43,059 nt of DNA from contig JBDUBP010000046.1 in assembly GCA_040004075.1 (NCBI GenBank), forward strand, positions 1 through 43,059, read 5' to 3'. Made by a program: the position numbers and the translations under genes. The notes under the pieces are model-generated. The model saw nothing but the letters and a program-made list of their open reading frames with translations. It was not told where the DNA came from and made no database searches. The first letter of the stretch is position 1; each line of letters starts with the position of its first letter. This document shows positions 9,753-18,259 of this stretch, in pieces. Source of the DNA: Acidobacteriota bacterium. GTDB taxonomy: Bacteria > Acidobacteriota > Thermoanaerobaculia > UBA5066 > Gp7-AA6.

Positions 9753-10117
9753 GAAGGGCTCCCGGCAAGCTCCAACCGATTCAACAGAGCGAAGGCGACC
9801 TCTTCGGGAGGAGTCTGAAGAGAATCCGCGAAGCCGATTTCGATCGGGAAACCGCTATTCGCTTTTGTGAGTTGCAATGCGCGGGCATATTTGCACGCGA
9901 CGAACGTCAGTTGTTCTCGAAGGTCAGAGATGGATGGGAATCGGCCATCGGCGCGACGCCCGACGCGTTGAAACCAGATCGCCAGAGTGTCTTTGAACGC
10001 TTCGGCCTCAGAGTCGGAGAAGCCGTAGTAGGAAACGAGCGCGGTATGGATAACGGGAAGCGTTTCGTCAAGGACGACGTAGACGAGCTCCGACGCATTC
10101 CGCTTCTCGTTATCCAT
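9749..10117 (-). CDS. hypothetical protein (122 aa) resembling a lone sigma-70 region-2 domain
   Basis: The pattern LPVIHTALVSYYGFSDSEAEAFKDTLAIWFQRV...LREQLTFVACKYARAL resembles ECF sigma region 2. No region-4 HTH is present. Assigned by eye only. Confidence 0.55.
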   Translation of the reverse strand: MDNEKRNASELVYVVLDETLPVIHTALVSYYGFSDSEAEAFKDTLAIWFQRVGRRADGRFPSISDLREQLTFVACKYARALQLTKANSGFPIEIGFADSLQTPPEEVAFALLNRLELAGSPS

Positions 10118-10121
10118 AGGT

Positions 10122-10147
10122 TCGCTTGCCCATTGTCCTGCAAGCGA
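10122..10147 (-). promoter_or_regulatory. intercistronic hairpin (8-bp stem TCGCTTGC/GCAAGCGA, 10-nt loop)
   Basis: Read directly. It lies between the small peptide ORF and the sigma-like gene, ending 4 nt before the latter's ATG. Confidence 0.4.
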
Positions 10148-10206
10148 CGCACCAATGCCGAGATATTTCCGAAGCCGGCAACCCGAGTGTTCGGAGGAGT
10201 TACCGG

Positions 10207-10347
10207 TTAAACAGGAATGGGATATTGAAGCTTGATGACAAATTTCTGTTCTTTGTCACCGAGAGAGAGACGTTCATTGCGCTGGGTGTTCTTCTGCTCC
10301 GAGCTGAGTTCCTGGGGAGCCTGAGCCGGGGCGTTCGTCGTGGGCAT
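10207..10347 (-). CDS. small hydrophilic peptide, 46 aa (MPTTNAPAQAPQELSSEQKNTQRNERLSLGDKEQKFVIKLQYPIPV)
   Basis: ATG at 10347 is preceded by AAAGGAG with a 7-nt spacer. The ORF sits in an A/T-rich stretch, with 23 G+C in the 60 nt at 10201-10260. No family recognised. Confidence 0.45.
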   Translation of the reverse strand: MPTTNAPAQAPQELSSEQKNTQRNERLSLGDKEQKFVIKLQYPIPV

Positions 10348-10501
10348 GGACGATCTCCTTTCAACAGAACAGAATCGGAAAGTTGAGAAAAAGTGGATCA
10401 CAAGTCGCCTTTCGGTGTCAGTCCGTTTTTGTACAGGACGGCCATCCGGGGCGGGATAAGATCCGATTCGCCCTAAGTCGTTTCGAAACTGGAGGTTACC
10501 C

Positions 10502-12997
10502 ATGCGGGCCGTCGTCCTTTCGGTCCTCTTTTCCGCAGCGGGCGACTGCTTCATGGCCGCGCAGGCCCCTGTTTCCGGCCCGGAAAGGACCTCGGCGCCT
10601 GCGGCCGCTGAGCGGATGGTCTCTTTTTCGGAGCGGACGAAGGAGCTCAAACGTCAGGACGGTTTTCTCCCGTATTACTGGGACGCTCGCCGCGGCCAGC
10701 TTCTTCTGGAAGTTTCCCGCTGGAATGAAGAGCTTCTTTACGGCTCCGGACTTGCCGGCGGCGCGGGGACGCTCGAGATCTCTCTCGACCGCGGTCAGCT
10801 GGGCGAGCTCGCGCTCTGCCGGTTCGAACGGGTCGGTCCGCGAGTCCTGCTCCACCAGCGGCAGGTCTCGCACCGTAGCGGCGCCGGCGATGCGGAACGT
10901 TCCCGGGTCGTCAGCGAGTCGTTTCCGTCCGCGATCCTCGCGTCGTTGCCGGTCGTCGCCGAAGAGGGCGACCGCGTCCTCGTCGACGCGACCCCGTTTC
11001 TTCTCGCCGATACGCAGGTCCTCCCGCAGCTGAAGGCGCAGAAGCTCGGCGACTGGCGTCAGGACGTCTCGCGCTCCGCCTTGAACTTCGATCGCACGGG
11101 CGCCTTCCCGAAGAACACGGAGATCGAAGTCATCGCGACGTACACCGCCGACAACCCGCCTCGAAGTCTGGCGCCGGTCCTTCCGGACGGCCACACGATG
11201 AGCCTGCGGGTCCACCACACGTTTCTGAAATTGCCGGAGCCCGGCTTCGTACCGCGCGAGCTCGATCCGCGCATCGGTTTCATCCCGCGCCGCTACGTGG
11301 ACCATTCCGCGCCTTACACCGAGCCGATCGAAAGATTCCTCGCGATGCGCTGGAGGCTGGTCAAGCGCGACCCGTCGGCCGCCGTCTCCGATCCAATCGA
11401 ACCCATCACCTATTTTCTGGACCGCGGCATCCCGGAGCTCGAGCGCACCGCGATCCGGCAGGGCGCGCTCTGGTGGAACCACGCGTTCGAAGAGGCGGGT
11501 TTTTCCAACGCATTCATCCTGAAGGACCTCCCCGAAGGCGCGACGTTTCTGGACGCGCGCTACTCCGGGATCGAATGGATCAACCGGATGGACAGGGGCT
11601 GGTCGGTCGGCGGCGCCCAGACGGACCCCCGCACGGGCGAGATCGTCCACGGCGTCGCCCGCATCGATTCGCACCGGCGGCGCACGACCTCGCGGATGTG
11701 GCGGAACCTGCGCGCGCCCTCCCCTCTCGCGGCCTGCGCCGCCGCCGATGCGCCGGAAGTCTCGTCGCTGGCCGCCGGCGACCCCGACCTCGACGAGCAG
11801 TCTCTCGTGCTCCAGCGCCTCGCCTACCTCTCCGCGCACGAGGTGGGCCACACGATCGGTCTCATGCACAACTGGGCGGCGACGACGTTCGGCTGGGGCT
11901 CCGTCATGGATTACCTGGCGCCGAACATCCAGGTGAAGAACGGCAGGCTCGATCTGTCGGACGCCTATCCGAAGGACATCGGCTCGTACGACCGTCTCGC
12001 GATCCGCTGGGGATACACGGCGGCGTCCGACCGCGCCGCGCTCGACCGGATCGTGCGCGAGGGCTACGCGAAGGGCATCGTGTATCCGCTCGACTCCGAC
12101 CCGCGGTGGGCCGAGTACGACTGGGGGGCCGATCCGGTTCAGTGGCTGGCGACCACGTCCGACGTGAGGCGGATCATCCTCGACCGGTTCGGAACCGGGC
12201 AGTTGAAACCGGGCGAGTGGGTCTACGACCTCCAGCGGCGCTTCAACCTCGCGTACCTGTACCACCGCTTCGGAATCCAGGCGGCTCAGCAGTTCGTCGG
12301 CGGCCAGTTTCAGACGAACGCGGTGGCGGGAGACGGGCAGACTCCCGTGGCCTGGGTTCCCGCCGAGAAGCAGCGCCAGGCTCTCGACCTGCTGCTCTCC
12401 GCCATCGAGCCGCAGAACCTGGACATCCCGGACCGGATCCTCGCGGCTCTGGTCCCCGCTCCTTCCGGCACGCGAGAGACCCTGGAGCGATTCGCGTCGG
12501 AAGCGGGAGACGCATTCAGTCTCTACTCCGCGGCGCGGGCTCTCGTCGGGCTGGTCGTCGATCCCCTCCTCGATCCGGAGCGCGCGGCGCGCCTGACCCT
12601 CGCCTCCGCGCGCGGCGCTCTCACCTTCGAGGCCCTCACGGGCCGCCTCGTCTCGGCGACCTGGGGCGCGTCGCCGGACCGCTCCCCCCGCCTCGCCGCC
12701 CTGCGGAGGGTTGCCCAGCGGGGAGTCCTCGACCCCCTTCTCGAGCTCGCGAGCAGGACGGACACGGCTCCGGAAGTCCGCGCCGCGGCGGGCGCCCGGC
12801 TTCGGTCGCTCGGTCGCGAGCTGAAGGCGCGCCACTCGGCGGACCCCGCTGCGGAGGCGCATCTGCGCCAGGCGGAACGCGACATCGTCGAGTTCTTCGA
12901 TCAGCCGGAAACGCGCAAGACCCACCCGAAGAAGGTGCCGCCGCCTCCCGGACGGCCGATCGGGGGGGATCGGGAATCTCCGCCTCCGTCCCCCTGA
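10502..12997 (+). CDS. secreted zinc-dependent metalloprotease (DUF5117/DUF4953-type)
   Basis: 831 aa. GGAGG SD lies 6 nt before the ATG. Has an N-terminal signal-like segment MRAVVLSVLFSAAGDCFMAAQA and the HExxH motif AHEVGHTIGLMHNW. Confidence 0.85.
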   Translation: MRAVVLSVLFSAAGDCFMAAQAPVSGPERTSAPAAAERMVSFSERTKELKRQDGFLPYYWDARRGQLLLEVSRWNEELLYGSGLAGGAGTLEISLDRGQLGELALCRFERVGPRVLLHQRQVSHRSGAGDAERSRVVSESFPSAILASLPVVAEEGDRVLVDATPFLLADTQVLPQLKAQKLGDWRQDVSRSALNFDRTGAFPKNTEIEVIATYTADNPPRSLAPVLPDGHTMSLRVHHTFLKLPEPGFVPRELDPRIGFIPRRYVDHSAPYTEPIERFLAMRWRLVKRDPSAAVSDPIEPITYFLDRGIPELERTAIRQGALWWNHAFEEAGFSNAFILKDLPEGATFLDARYSGIEWINRMDRGWSVGGAQTDPRTGEIVHGVARIDSHRRRTTSRMWRNLRAPSPLAACAAADAPEVSSLAAGDPDLDEQSLVLQRLAYLSAHEVGHTIGLMHNWAATTFGWGSVMDYLAPNIQVKNGRLDLSDAYPKDIGSYDRLAIRWGYTAASDRAALDRIVREGYAKGIVYPLDSDPRWAEYDWGADPVQWLATTSDVRRIILDRFGTGQLKPGEWVYDLQRRFNLAYLYHRFGIQAAQQFVGGQFQTNAVAGDGQTPVAWVPAEKQRQALDLLLSAIEPQNLDIPDRILAALVPAPSGTRETLERFASEAGDAFSLYSAARALVGLVVDPLLDPERAARLTLASARGALTFEALTGRLVSATWGASPDRSPRLAALRRVAQRGVLDPLLELASRTDTAPEVRAAAGARLRSLGRELKARHSADPAAEAHLRQAERDIVEFFDQPETRKTHPKKVPPPPGRPIGGDRESPPPSP

Positions 12998-13044
12998 ACG
13001 TTCCAACGAGGCCGGCTCGGCGTCGGAGGCCGTACACTTTCGTC

Positions 13045-14748
13045 GTGAAGACGCGGACGCTCGCCTTCTGGACGTCCGCCGCGCTTCTGCTTTTCAGGGC
13101 CGCCGCTCGGGCCGACGAGCTGCAGAACATCTCCCGCGAATTCTGGCAGTGGCGCGCGGCAAACCAGCCGGTCACGGCGGACCACATCCCCCGCATCGAA
13201 CGGCCCGCCGACTGGGCGCCCGAATGGACGCGCGCGGCCGTCGAGCGGCGCCGGCGCGAAGTCGCTGCGTTCGAGTCGCGTCTCGAAAGGGTCGACGCGT
13301 CGGGGATGCCTCCCGCCTGGCAGGTGGACCGGCGACTTGTGCGCTCCGCCTTCGCGCGCGTTCGCTGGGAGCTCGACGTCGAACGCGGCTGGGAGCGCAA
13401 TCCGATGTTCTACGTCGATCAAACTGTGGGTGCCGTCTTCGACGCGCTCGTTCGGCCGCCGCCGTTCACGAAGAGTCGCGCTTCGCAGCTCGCGCGGCGG
13501 ATCGCGGCCATTCCGGGCACGATCGAGAGCGCGAAGGGAAATCTCGTTCGGGCCGAGGGGCCGCTGGCCCGGCTGGCGATCTCACGTCTCGGCGGCATCC
13601 GGGAGCGCCTCTCCGACGCGATGCGGGATGTGAAGCCGCTCCTTCCGCCGGGGGCGAGCGACGGCCTCGACGCGTTGGGAGAACGGGCCGTCGCCTCGCT
13701 GGAGAGCTACCGCGAGTGGCTCGCGAACCGCCTTCCGACCCTCAGGGCGCAGACGGCCGTGGGGCGGGACTCCTACGTCTTTTTCCTGAAGAACGTGGTC
13801 CTGATGCCCTTCACGCCGGAGGAGATTCTCGCGATGGGCCGCCAGGAATGGGCGCGGGCCTCCGCGCGCGAGGCCCATGAGGAAGCGAGAAGCGCGGGCG
13901 TCCCCTCTCTTCCCGTTTTTCCAGACCAGGCCGCCCAGATCTCGCAGGTGGCGAGGGACGAAGCCGCCGTGCGCCGGTTTCTGGAGGAGAGGAACCTCCT
14001 GACGGTGCCGGCGTCCATCCGGCGGTATCGCGCCGCCGCCGTGCCTCCGTACCTCGCCGCGCTCGCGCCGTTCGGCGAGCCGGATGATCTGGCGTCCCCG
14101 GGGCGGCCCGCCGATGACGCCGTTCGTTACATCCCGCTGCCCGGTTCGGCCCTGGGACTGTTCGCCGTGTCCATGGCGCGGGACCCCCGGCCCGTGCTCG
14201 TCCACGAGGGGATTCCCGGCCATTCGTTCCAGCTCGCGCTCTCGTGGGCGCACGAGGACGCCATCCGCCGCGCCTATTACGATTCGTCGGCCAACGAGGG
14301 CGTTGCCTTTTATTCCGAGGAGATGATGCTCGACGCCGGCTACTTCGATGACAGCCCGCGGACGAGGGAGATCGTCGCGACCTTCCTGCGGCTTCGCGCT
14401 CTCCGCGTGGAAGCCGACGTCCGTCTGGCGCTCGGCGATTTCTCGATCGACCAGGCTGCCGATTATCTTGCCTCCGCCGTGCCGATGGATCCCGTCACGG
14501 CGCGCCAGGAGGCGGAGGGGTTCGCGTCCTCGCCCGGACAGGGGATCAGCGACGAGATCGGGAAGCTGCAGGTCCTGCGTTTTCTCGCCGACGCCCGCCG
14601 GGTCCAGCGCGAGAAATTCTCGTTGCGCGCCTTCCACGACTTCCTCTGGAAGAACGGCAACGTCCCCATCGCGCTCCAGCGCTGGGAGCTCCTCGGGCTG
14701 CGCGATGAAATAGACGCTCTGGACCGCCCGCTACAGCGCGGGCGCTAG
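13045..14748 (+). CDS. DUF885 family protein (putative metallopeptidase-like), secreted
   Basis: GTG at 13045 gives VKTRTLAFWTSAALLLFRAAARA, a signal peptide. Carries the DUF885 signature HEGIPGHSFQ. The longer track ORF (from 11473) overlaps the protease out of frame and is R/P-rich junk. Confidence 0.8.
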   Translation: MKTRTLAFWTSAALLLFRAAARADELQNISREFWQWRAANQPVTADHIPRIERPADWAPEWTRAAVERRRREVAAFESRLERVDASGMPPAWQVDRRLVRSAFARVRWELDVERGWERNPMFYVDQTVGAVFDALVRPPPFTKSRASQLARRIAAIPGTIESAKGNLVRAEGPLARLAISRLGGIRERLSDAMRDVKPLLPPGASDGLDALGERAVASLESYREWLANRLPTLRAQTAVGRDSYVFFLKNVVLMPFTPEEILAMGRQEWARASAREAHEEARSAGVPSLPVFPDQAAQISQVARDEAAVRRFLEERNLLTVPASIRRYRAAAVPPYLAALAPFGEPDDLASPGRPADDAVRYIPLPGSALGLFAVSMARDPRPVLVHEGIPGHSFQLALSWAHEDAIRRAYYDSSANEGVAFYSEEMMLDAGYFDDSPRTREIVATFLRLRALRVEADVRLALGDFSIDQAADYLASAVPMDPVTARQEAEGFASSPGQGISDEIGKLQVLRFLADARRVQREKFSLRAFHDFLWKNGNVPIALQRWELLGLRDEIDALDRPLQRGR

Positions 14749-14777
14749 CGCGCAGATCCCCGGATCGCGATCGCCTT

Positions 14778-14812
14778 CGATTCCCGATTCCCGATTCCCG
14801 GCTCCCGATCGT
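14778..14812. repeat. heptamer array CGATTCC x3 plus 2 degenerate units
   Basis: Read directly. Located in the convergent intergenic region between 14748 and 14876. Confidence 0.85.
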
Positions 14813-14861
14813 TGACCGCGGAGTACTGCGGCCGTCTCGCTCCCGTTGGTCGCTCGGCTCC
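14812..14861. repeat. 50-nt conserved intergenic element, copy 1
   Basis: TTGACCGCGGAGTACTGCGGCCGTCTCGCTCCCGTTGGTCGCTCGGCTCC matches 28171..28220 at 48 of 50 positions, in the same orientation. Contains the hairpin CCGCGG-AGTA-CYGCGG. Confidence 0.85.
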
Positions 14862-14875
14862 GGGCTTCGGCTTCT

Positions 14876-16291
14876 TCAGACCTCCGCGATCGACGCGCGC
14901 AGATCCTCCAGGCAGGCCTCCATGCGGTCGAGGTGCGTGCGAAACGAGAGCACGCAGATCCGGATCGCAAAGCGTCCCGTGAGCCTCGTCGCGGTCAGGT
15001 AGACGCGGCCGCGCCCGTTGGTCTTCTCCATCCACGCAGCGTTCAATGCGTCCGTTTCCGCGGCCGAGAGCCCGGCGCGGGTCAGGCGGAAGGCCAGCGT
15101 CGAGAGCTGCGGCTCCGCCAGGATTTCGACGCCCGGAATCCGCGCGAGCTCCCGCGCGGCCCACTCCGCGAGGTCGAGCTTCTCGTCGAGATTCGTGCGG
15201 AAGACGCCGATGCCGTGCATCCTGATCGGGAGCCACACCCGCAGGCCCCTCCAGTCCCGCGACAGCTCCGGCGAGAGGAGCGTGAAGTCGGCCAGGTCCG
15301 AGTCCTCCTGCATCCGGGGGAGATAGTCCGCCGAAAGCGCATGGGCCCGCTTGAGAGTCTCGGGATCGCGCACGAGGAGCGAGCCGTTCCCGTACGGGAG
15401 AAAGAGGCTCTTGTGCGGGTCGAGCACCACGGAGTCCGAGCGCCCGATCCCCGAGAGGCGCGCCCGGCCGCGCTCGGTGATCGCGAAGAACCCCCCGTAC
15501 GCGGCGTCCGCATGGAGCCAGAGCCTCTCCGCCTCCGCGATTTCCGCGAGAGCGCCGAGGTCGTCGACGGCTCCGGTGTTCGTCGTCCCCGCATTTCCGA
15601 CGACGAAGAAGGGTGAAAAACCCGCGGCCCGGTCCGCGGCGACTCTGGCCGACAGCAGGTCCAGCCGGATCCGAAATTGTGAGTCGGACGGGATCTCCCG
15701 GACGTTGCCTTCCGGGAAGCCCGCGAGACTCGCCGCTTTCTGAATGGAATGGTGAGTCTGGTCCGAGACGTACAGAGTTCCCTTCCGAAAATCGTCCGGC
15801 AGCCGATCCCGCCGAGCGGTGACGATCGCCGAAAAATTCGAGAGAGACCCGCCGGTCGTCAGAATGCCTCCCGCGGTCTCCGGATACCCGACGATCGCGC
15901 AGAACCACCGGATGACGTTGGCTTCGATCTGGGCCAGGCCGGGGGCGGCCGCGAAGACGCCCACGTACCGGTTGGTCGCGTCCGCGATGAGGTCGGCCAC
16001 CGCGGAATGGGGGAGTCCGCCCCCGGGGATGTAGGCGAGGTATCCCGGACCCGCGGTGTTGAAACCGCGCGGAATGACGGTCCCGAAGAGAAAATCGAGA
16101 AGGGTCTCGACGCTCTCGCCGGACTCCGGCAGAGTTTCGCGGAGCGACCGCGCCAGGCCGGCCGGATCGCGGTTGTCGGCGGAGGGTTGCGCCGGCAGCG
16201 AGGCGATGTAGTCGACGATCCGCCGTGCCGCCGAGTCGATCAGACTCTTGAGCGCGTCTCCCTGAAGCTCCAGGGAGCGGTCCTCCTTCAC
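14876..16291 (-). CDS. pyridoxal-dependent decarboxylase (group II, aromatic-amino-acid/glutamate decarboxylase-like)
   Basis: 471 aa. PLP-lysine context SVVLDPHKSLFLPYGNG. The GTG start overlaps the upstream stop (GTGA). Confidence 0.85.
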   Translation of the reverse strand: MKEDRSLELQGDALKSLIDSAARRIVDYIASLPAQPSADNRDPAGLARSLRETLPESGESVETLLDFLFGTVIPRGFNTAGPGYLAYIPGGGLPHSAVADLIADATNRYVGVFAAAPGLAQIEANVIRWFCAIVGYPETAGGILTTGGSLSNFSAIVTARRDRLPDDFRKGTLYVSDQTHHSIQKAASLAGFPEGNVREIPSDSQFRIRLDLLSARVAADRAAGFSPFFVVGNAGTTNTGAVDDLGALAEIAEAERLWLHADAAYGGFFAITERGRARLSGIGRSDSVVLDPHKSLFLPYGNGSLLVRDPETLKRAHALSADYLPRMQEDSDLADFTLLSPELSRDWRGLRVWLPIRMHGIGVFRTNLDEKLDLAEWAARELARIPGVEILAEPQLSTLAFRLTRAGLSAAETDALNAAWMEKTNGRGRVYLTATRLTGRFAIRICVLSFRTHLDRMEACLEDLRASIAEV

Positions 16292-17043
16292 GAGGCGCTC
16301 GCGGCCATGGCGTCGAGCGCCTCCTGCATGCGGTCGCGCACGCGCGAGGTCAGGGCGGAGACATCCGCCGGGGACAGCCCCTCGGTCGGCACAGGCTCGA
16401 GAACGCGGACCCTCAGCGTTCCCGGCCGGGCGAGCCGCCGGATCGTGTCGGCGATGGCGGTCAGCGGCTCCGCGACCACGGGAACGACCGGGGCCTGCGC
16501 GGCGATCGCGAGGCGAAAGGCGCCGCTCTTGAACGGAAGGAGGCTCGCGGCCTGGTTTCGATGCCCCTCCGGCATGAACCAGACCGCGATCTTCTCCGTC
16601 CGCATCGCATCCGCCGCCGCCTCGAGGGAGGCGAGCGCGCTCCGCGCGTGCGCCCGATCGATGATCAGGTTTCCCGAGAGGCGGTAGAACCAGCCGAACA
16701 CTGGGATCTTACCGATCTCACGCTTGCCCGCCGACACGGTGCGGGGCGGAAAGATGGATCCAAACGTGACCACGTCCAGAAAGCTCTGATGGTTTCCGAC
16801 GATGACGCACGGCCGCAGCGTGCGCAACCGATCGGGACGGTCCGCGTCGACCCTCCAGCCCATGAGGCGGGTCAGCCCCCGGCAGAACACCCGGCCGAAC
16901 CAGTAAAGCGTCTGCCGGTTTCCGGGGGAGACGAGAAGCCAGATCGTTCCGGCCGCGGAGCAGAAGACGAACCACGCCCCGCCGAACACGCAACCGAGAT
17001 AGAAGGCGAGCCGTTTTCCGAGGTCAGGGGGCAAACCTGCCAC
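16288..17043 (-). CDS. 1-acyl-sn-glycerol-3-phosphate acyltransferase family (PlsC/LPLAT)
   Basis: Has the HxxxxD motif (VGNHQSFLD), the PEGHR motif, and an N-terminal TM segment LAFYLGCVFGGAWFVFCSAAG. Start chosen is GTG at 17043. An alternative ATG at 17178 would add an R-rich extension overlapping the upstream gene. Confidence 0.8.
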   Translation of the reverse strand: MAGLPPDLGKRLAFYLGCVFGGAWFVFCSAAGTIWLLVSPGNRQTLYWFGRVFCRGLTRLMGWRVDADRPDRLRTLRPCVIVGNHQSFLDVVTFGSIFPPRTVSAGKREIGKIPVFGWFYRLSGNLIIDRAHARSALASLEAAADAMRTEKIAVWFMPEGHRNQAASLLPFKSGAFRLAIAAQAPVVPVVAEPLTAIADTIRRLARPGTLRVRVLEPVPTEGLSPADVSALTSRVRDRMQEALDAMAASAS

Positions 17044-17129
17044 CCTTCCGGCCTCGGGAACGAGCGAAGGCAAGAGGCCCTTCGCTCCGCGCCGTGGCCG
17101 CTCTCCCCGGGTCCATCTCCGGCGGCCCG

Positions 17130-18212
17130 CTACGCGGTCGTCTGCCAGTTGTCGCGCGCGCCGAGTGGCGGCACCCATTGCGGCAACGGCATTAGCAGGT
17201 GACGCGAGAGCGCGTCGACATAAGGCTCGTACATCGCGATGAGCCGCCGCAGCCTCTCTTCGATCTCCGGATCCTGTTTCATCGCCATTCCGGCGGCTTC
17301 CATGACGCTTTTCAGTCGCACGAGATCGCCGGCGGGGAGCCGATCCTGGGAACGGGAGAGCGGCTCGAGATGAAACACCTGGCTCATATCGGCGACCGCG
17401 TGCCGCGCCATCGCGAACGTCAGGCGCGCCGACCGCAACGGGCCGTTCTCGACACCCGCGATGACGAGAGAGCAGACGTCGAGCACCGTGGTCAGGGCCG
17501 CCACCCAGGACTGGTTGTCGTGCTGCGACCGGTAGTACGCCAGCACGGGGAAGGAGATATGCGTCTCGAGCAGATCCGCCGACCAGACGTCCCAGTCGTG
17601 AAGGAGATCCCCCAGATTTTCTCCTCGATCGGGGTCTCCCGCATGGCGCCGGATCAGCTCCGAGGCCGTCGAAGGAGAACCCGCCCGCGCGTCCAGAAGA
17701 GCGATGTTCGTTTCCCGGCGGGAGAAGGCCTGCGAGAGGGTCGGCAGATACCCGACGACCAGCGCGAGAAATCCGAATCCCGTTCCGCTCTCGATGAAGG
17801 TGAGGATCCGGGCGGAGGGTGTCGAAGGCGAGATGTCTCCCAGGCCGAGCGTGACCAGGGTCGTTCCGGAAAAATAGAGATCCGCCGCGAAGCCCTGGAG
17901 CCCGCGGGGCATCATGAGCCGGGTCCCGATGCCCCAGTGAAGGAGAGCGAACCCGAAGACGAGAGCCAGCGCCCAGGTCACCAGGAGCAGCAGGAGGGAG
18001 AGGGGCCCGTAAATCGAAAGAAAGTTCTCGCGCGGGTTTCCGGCGCGGCGCCGCAGCCCGAGCGACCGCCACGGGGCCCAGGTGGCCAGGTAGAAGAGCC
18101 TCGTCAGCCGGAAGCGGCGGGAGACGCGGCGCGGTAGGACGATCGTCTCGAACGCGTCCCACAGTACGGTCAGGATGAGCAGCACGCCGCCGGCAATCGC
18201 GAGGGTTCGCAT
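17130..18212 (-). CDS. two-TM potassium-channel family protein with a roughly 200-aa C-terminal domain of unknown function
   Basis: Pore and selectivity-filter-like sequence FSGTTLVTLGLGDISP is flanked by hydrophobic helices. The C-terminal half was not recognised. Confidence 0.7.
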   Translation of the reverse strand: MRTLAIAGGVLLILTVLWDAFETIVLPRRVSRRFRLTRLFYLATWAPWRSLGLRRRAGNPRENFLSIYGPLSLLLLLVTWALALVFGFALLHWGIGTRLMMPRGLQGFAADLYFSGTTLVTLGLGDISPSTPSARILTFIESGTGFGFLALVVGYLPTLSQAFSRRETNIALLDARAGSPSTASELIRRHAGDPDRGENLGDLLHDWDVWSADLLETHISFPVLAYYRSQHDNQSWVAALTTVLDVCSLVIAGVENGPLRSARLTFAMARHAVADMSQVFHLEPLSRSQDRLPAGDLVRLKSVMEAAGMAMKQDPEIEERLRRLIAMYEPYVDALSRHLLMPLPQWVPPLGARDNWQTTA

Positions 18213-18259
18213 CGGGAGCGGAGAATCTATCGCACGCGGCCGGGCGGTAGACTCCGCCG

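Noticed and set aside
10496-13006. 836-aa ORF antisense to the metalloprotease gene
   Set aside because: Its composition is extremely R/G/P/A-rich with no motifs. It exactly shadows a plus-strand gene that has a signal peptide and an HExxH motif. This is a typical high-GC antisense open frame.
11473-13044. N-terminal 524 codons of the 1091-aa track ORF that ends as DUF885
   Set aside because: Out-of-frame overlap with the metalloprotease and R/P-rich translation. A signal peptide starts at the GTG at 13045, so the real gene begins there.
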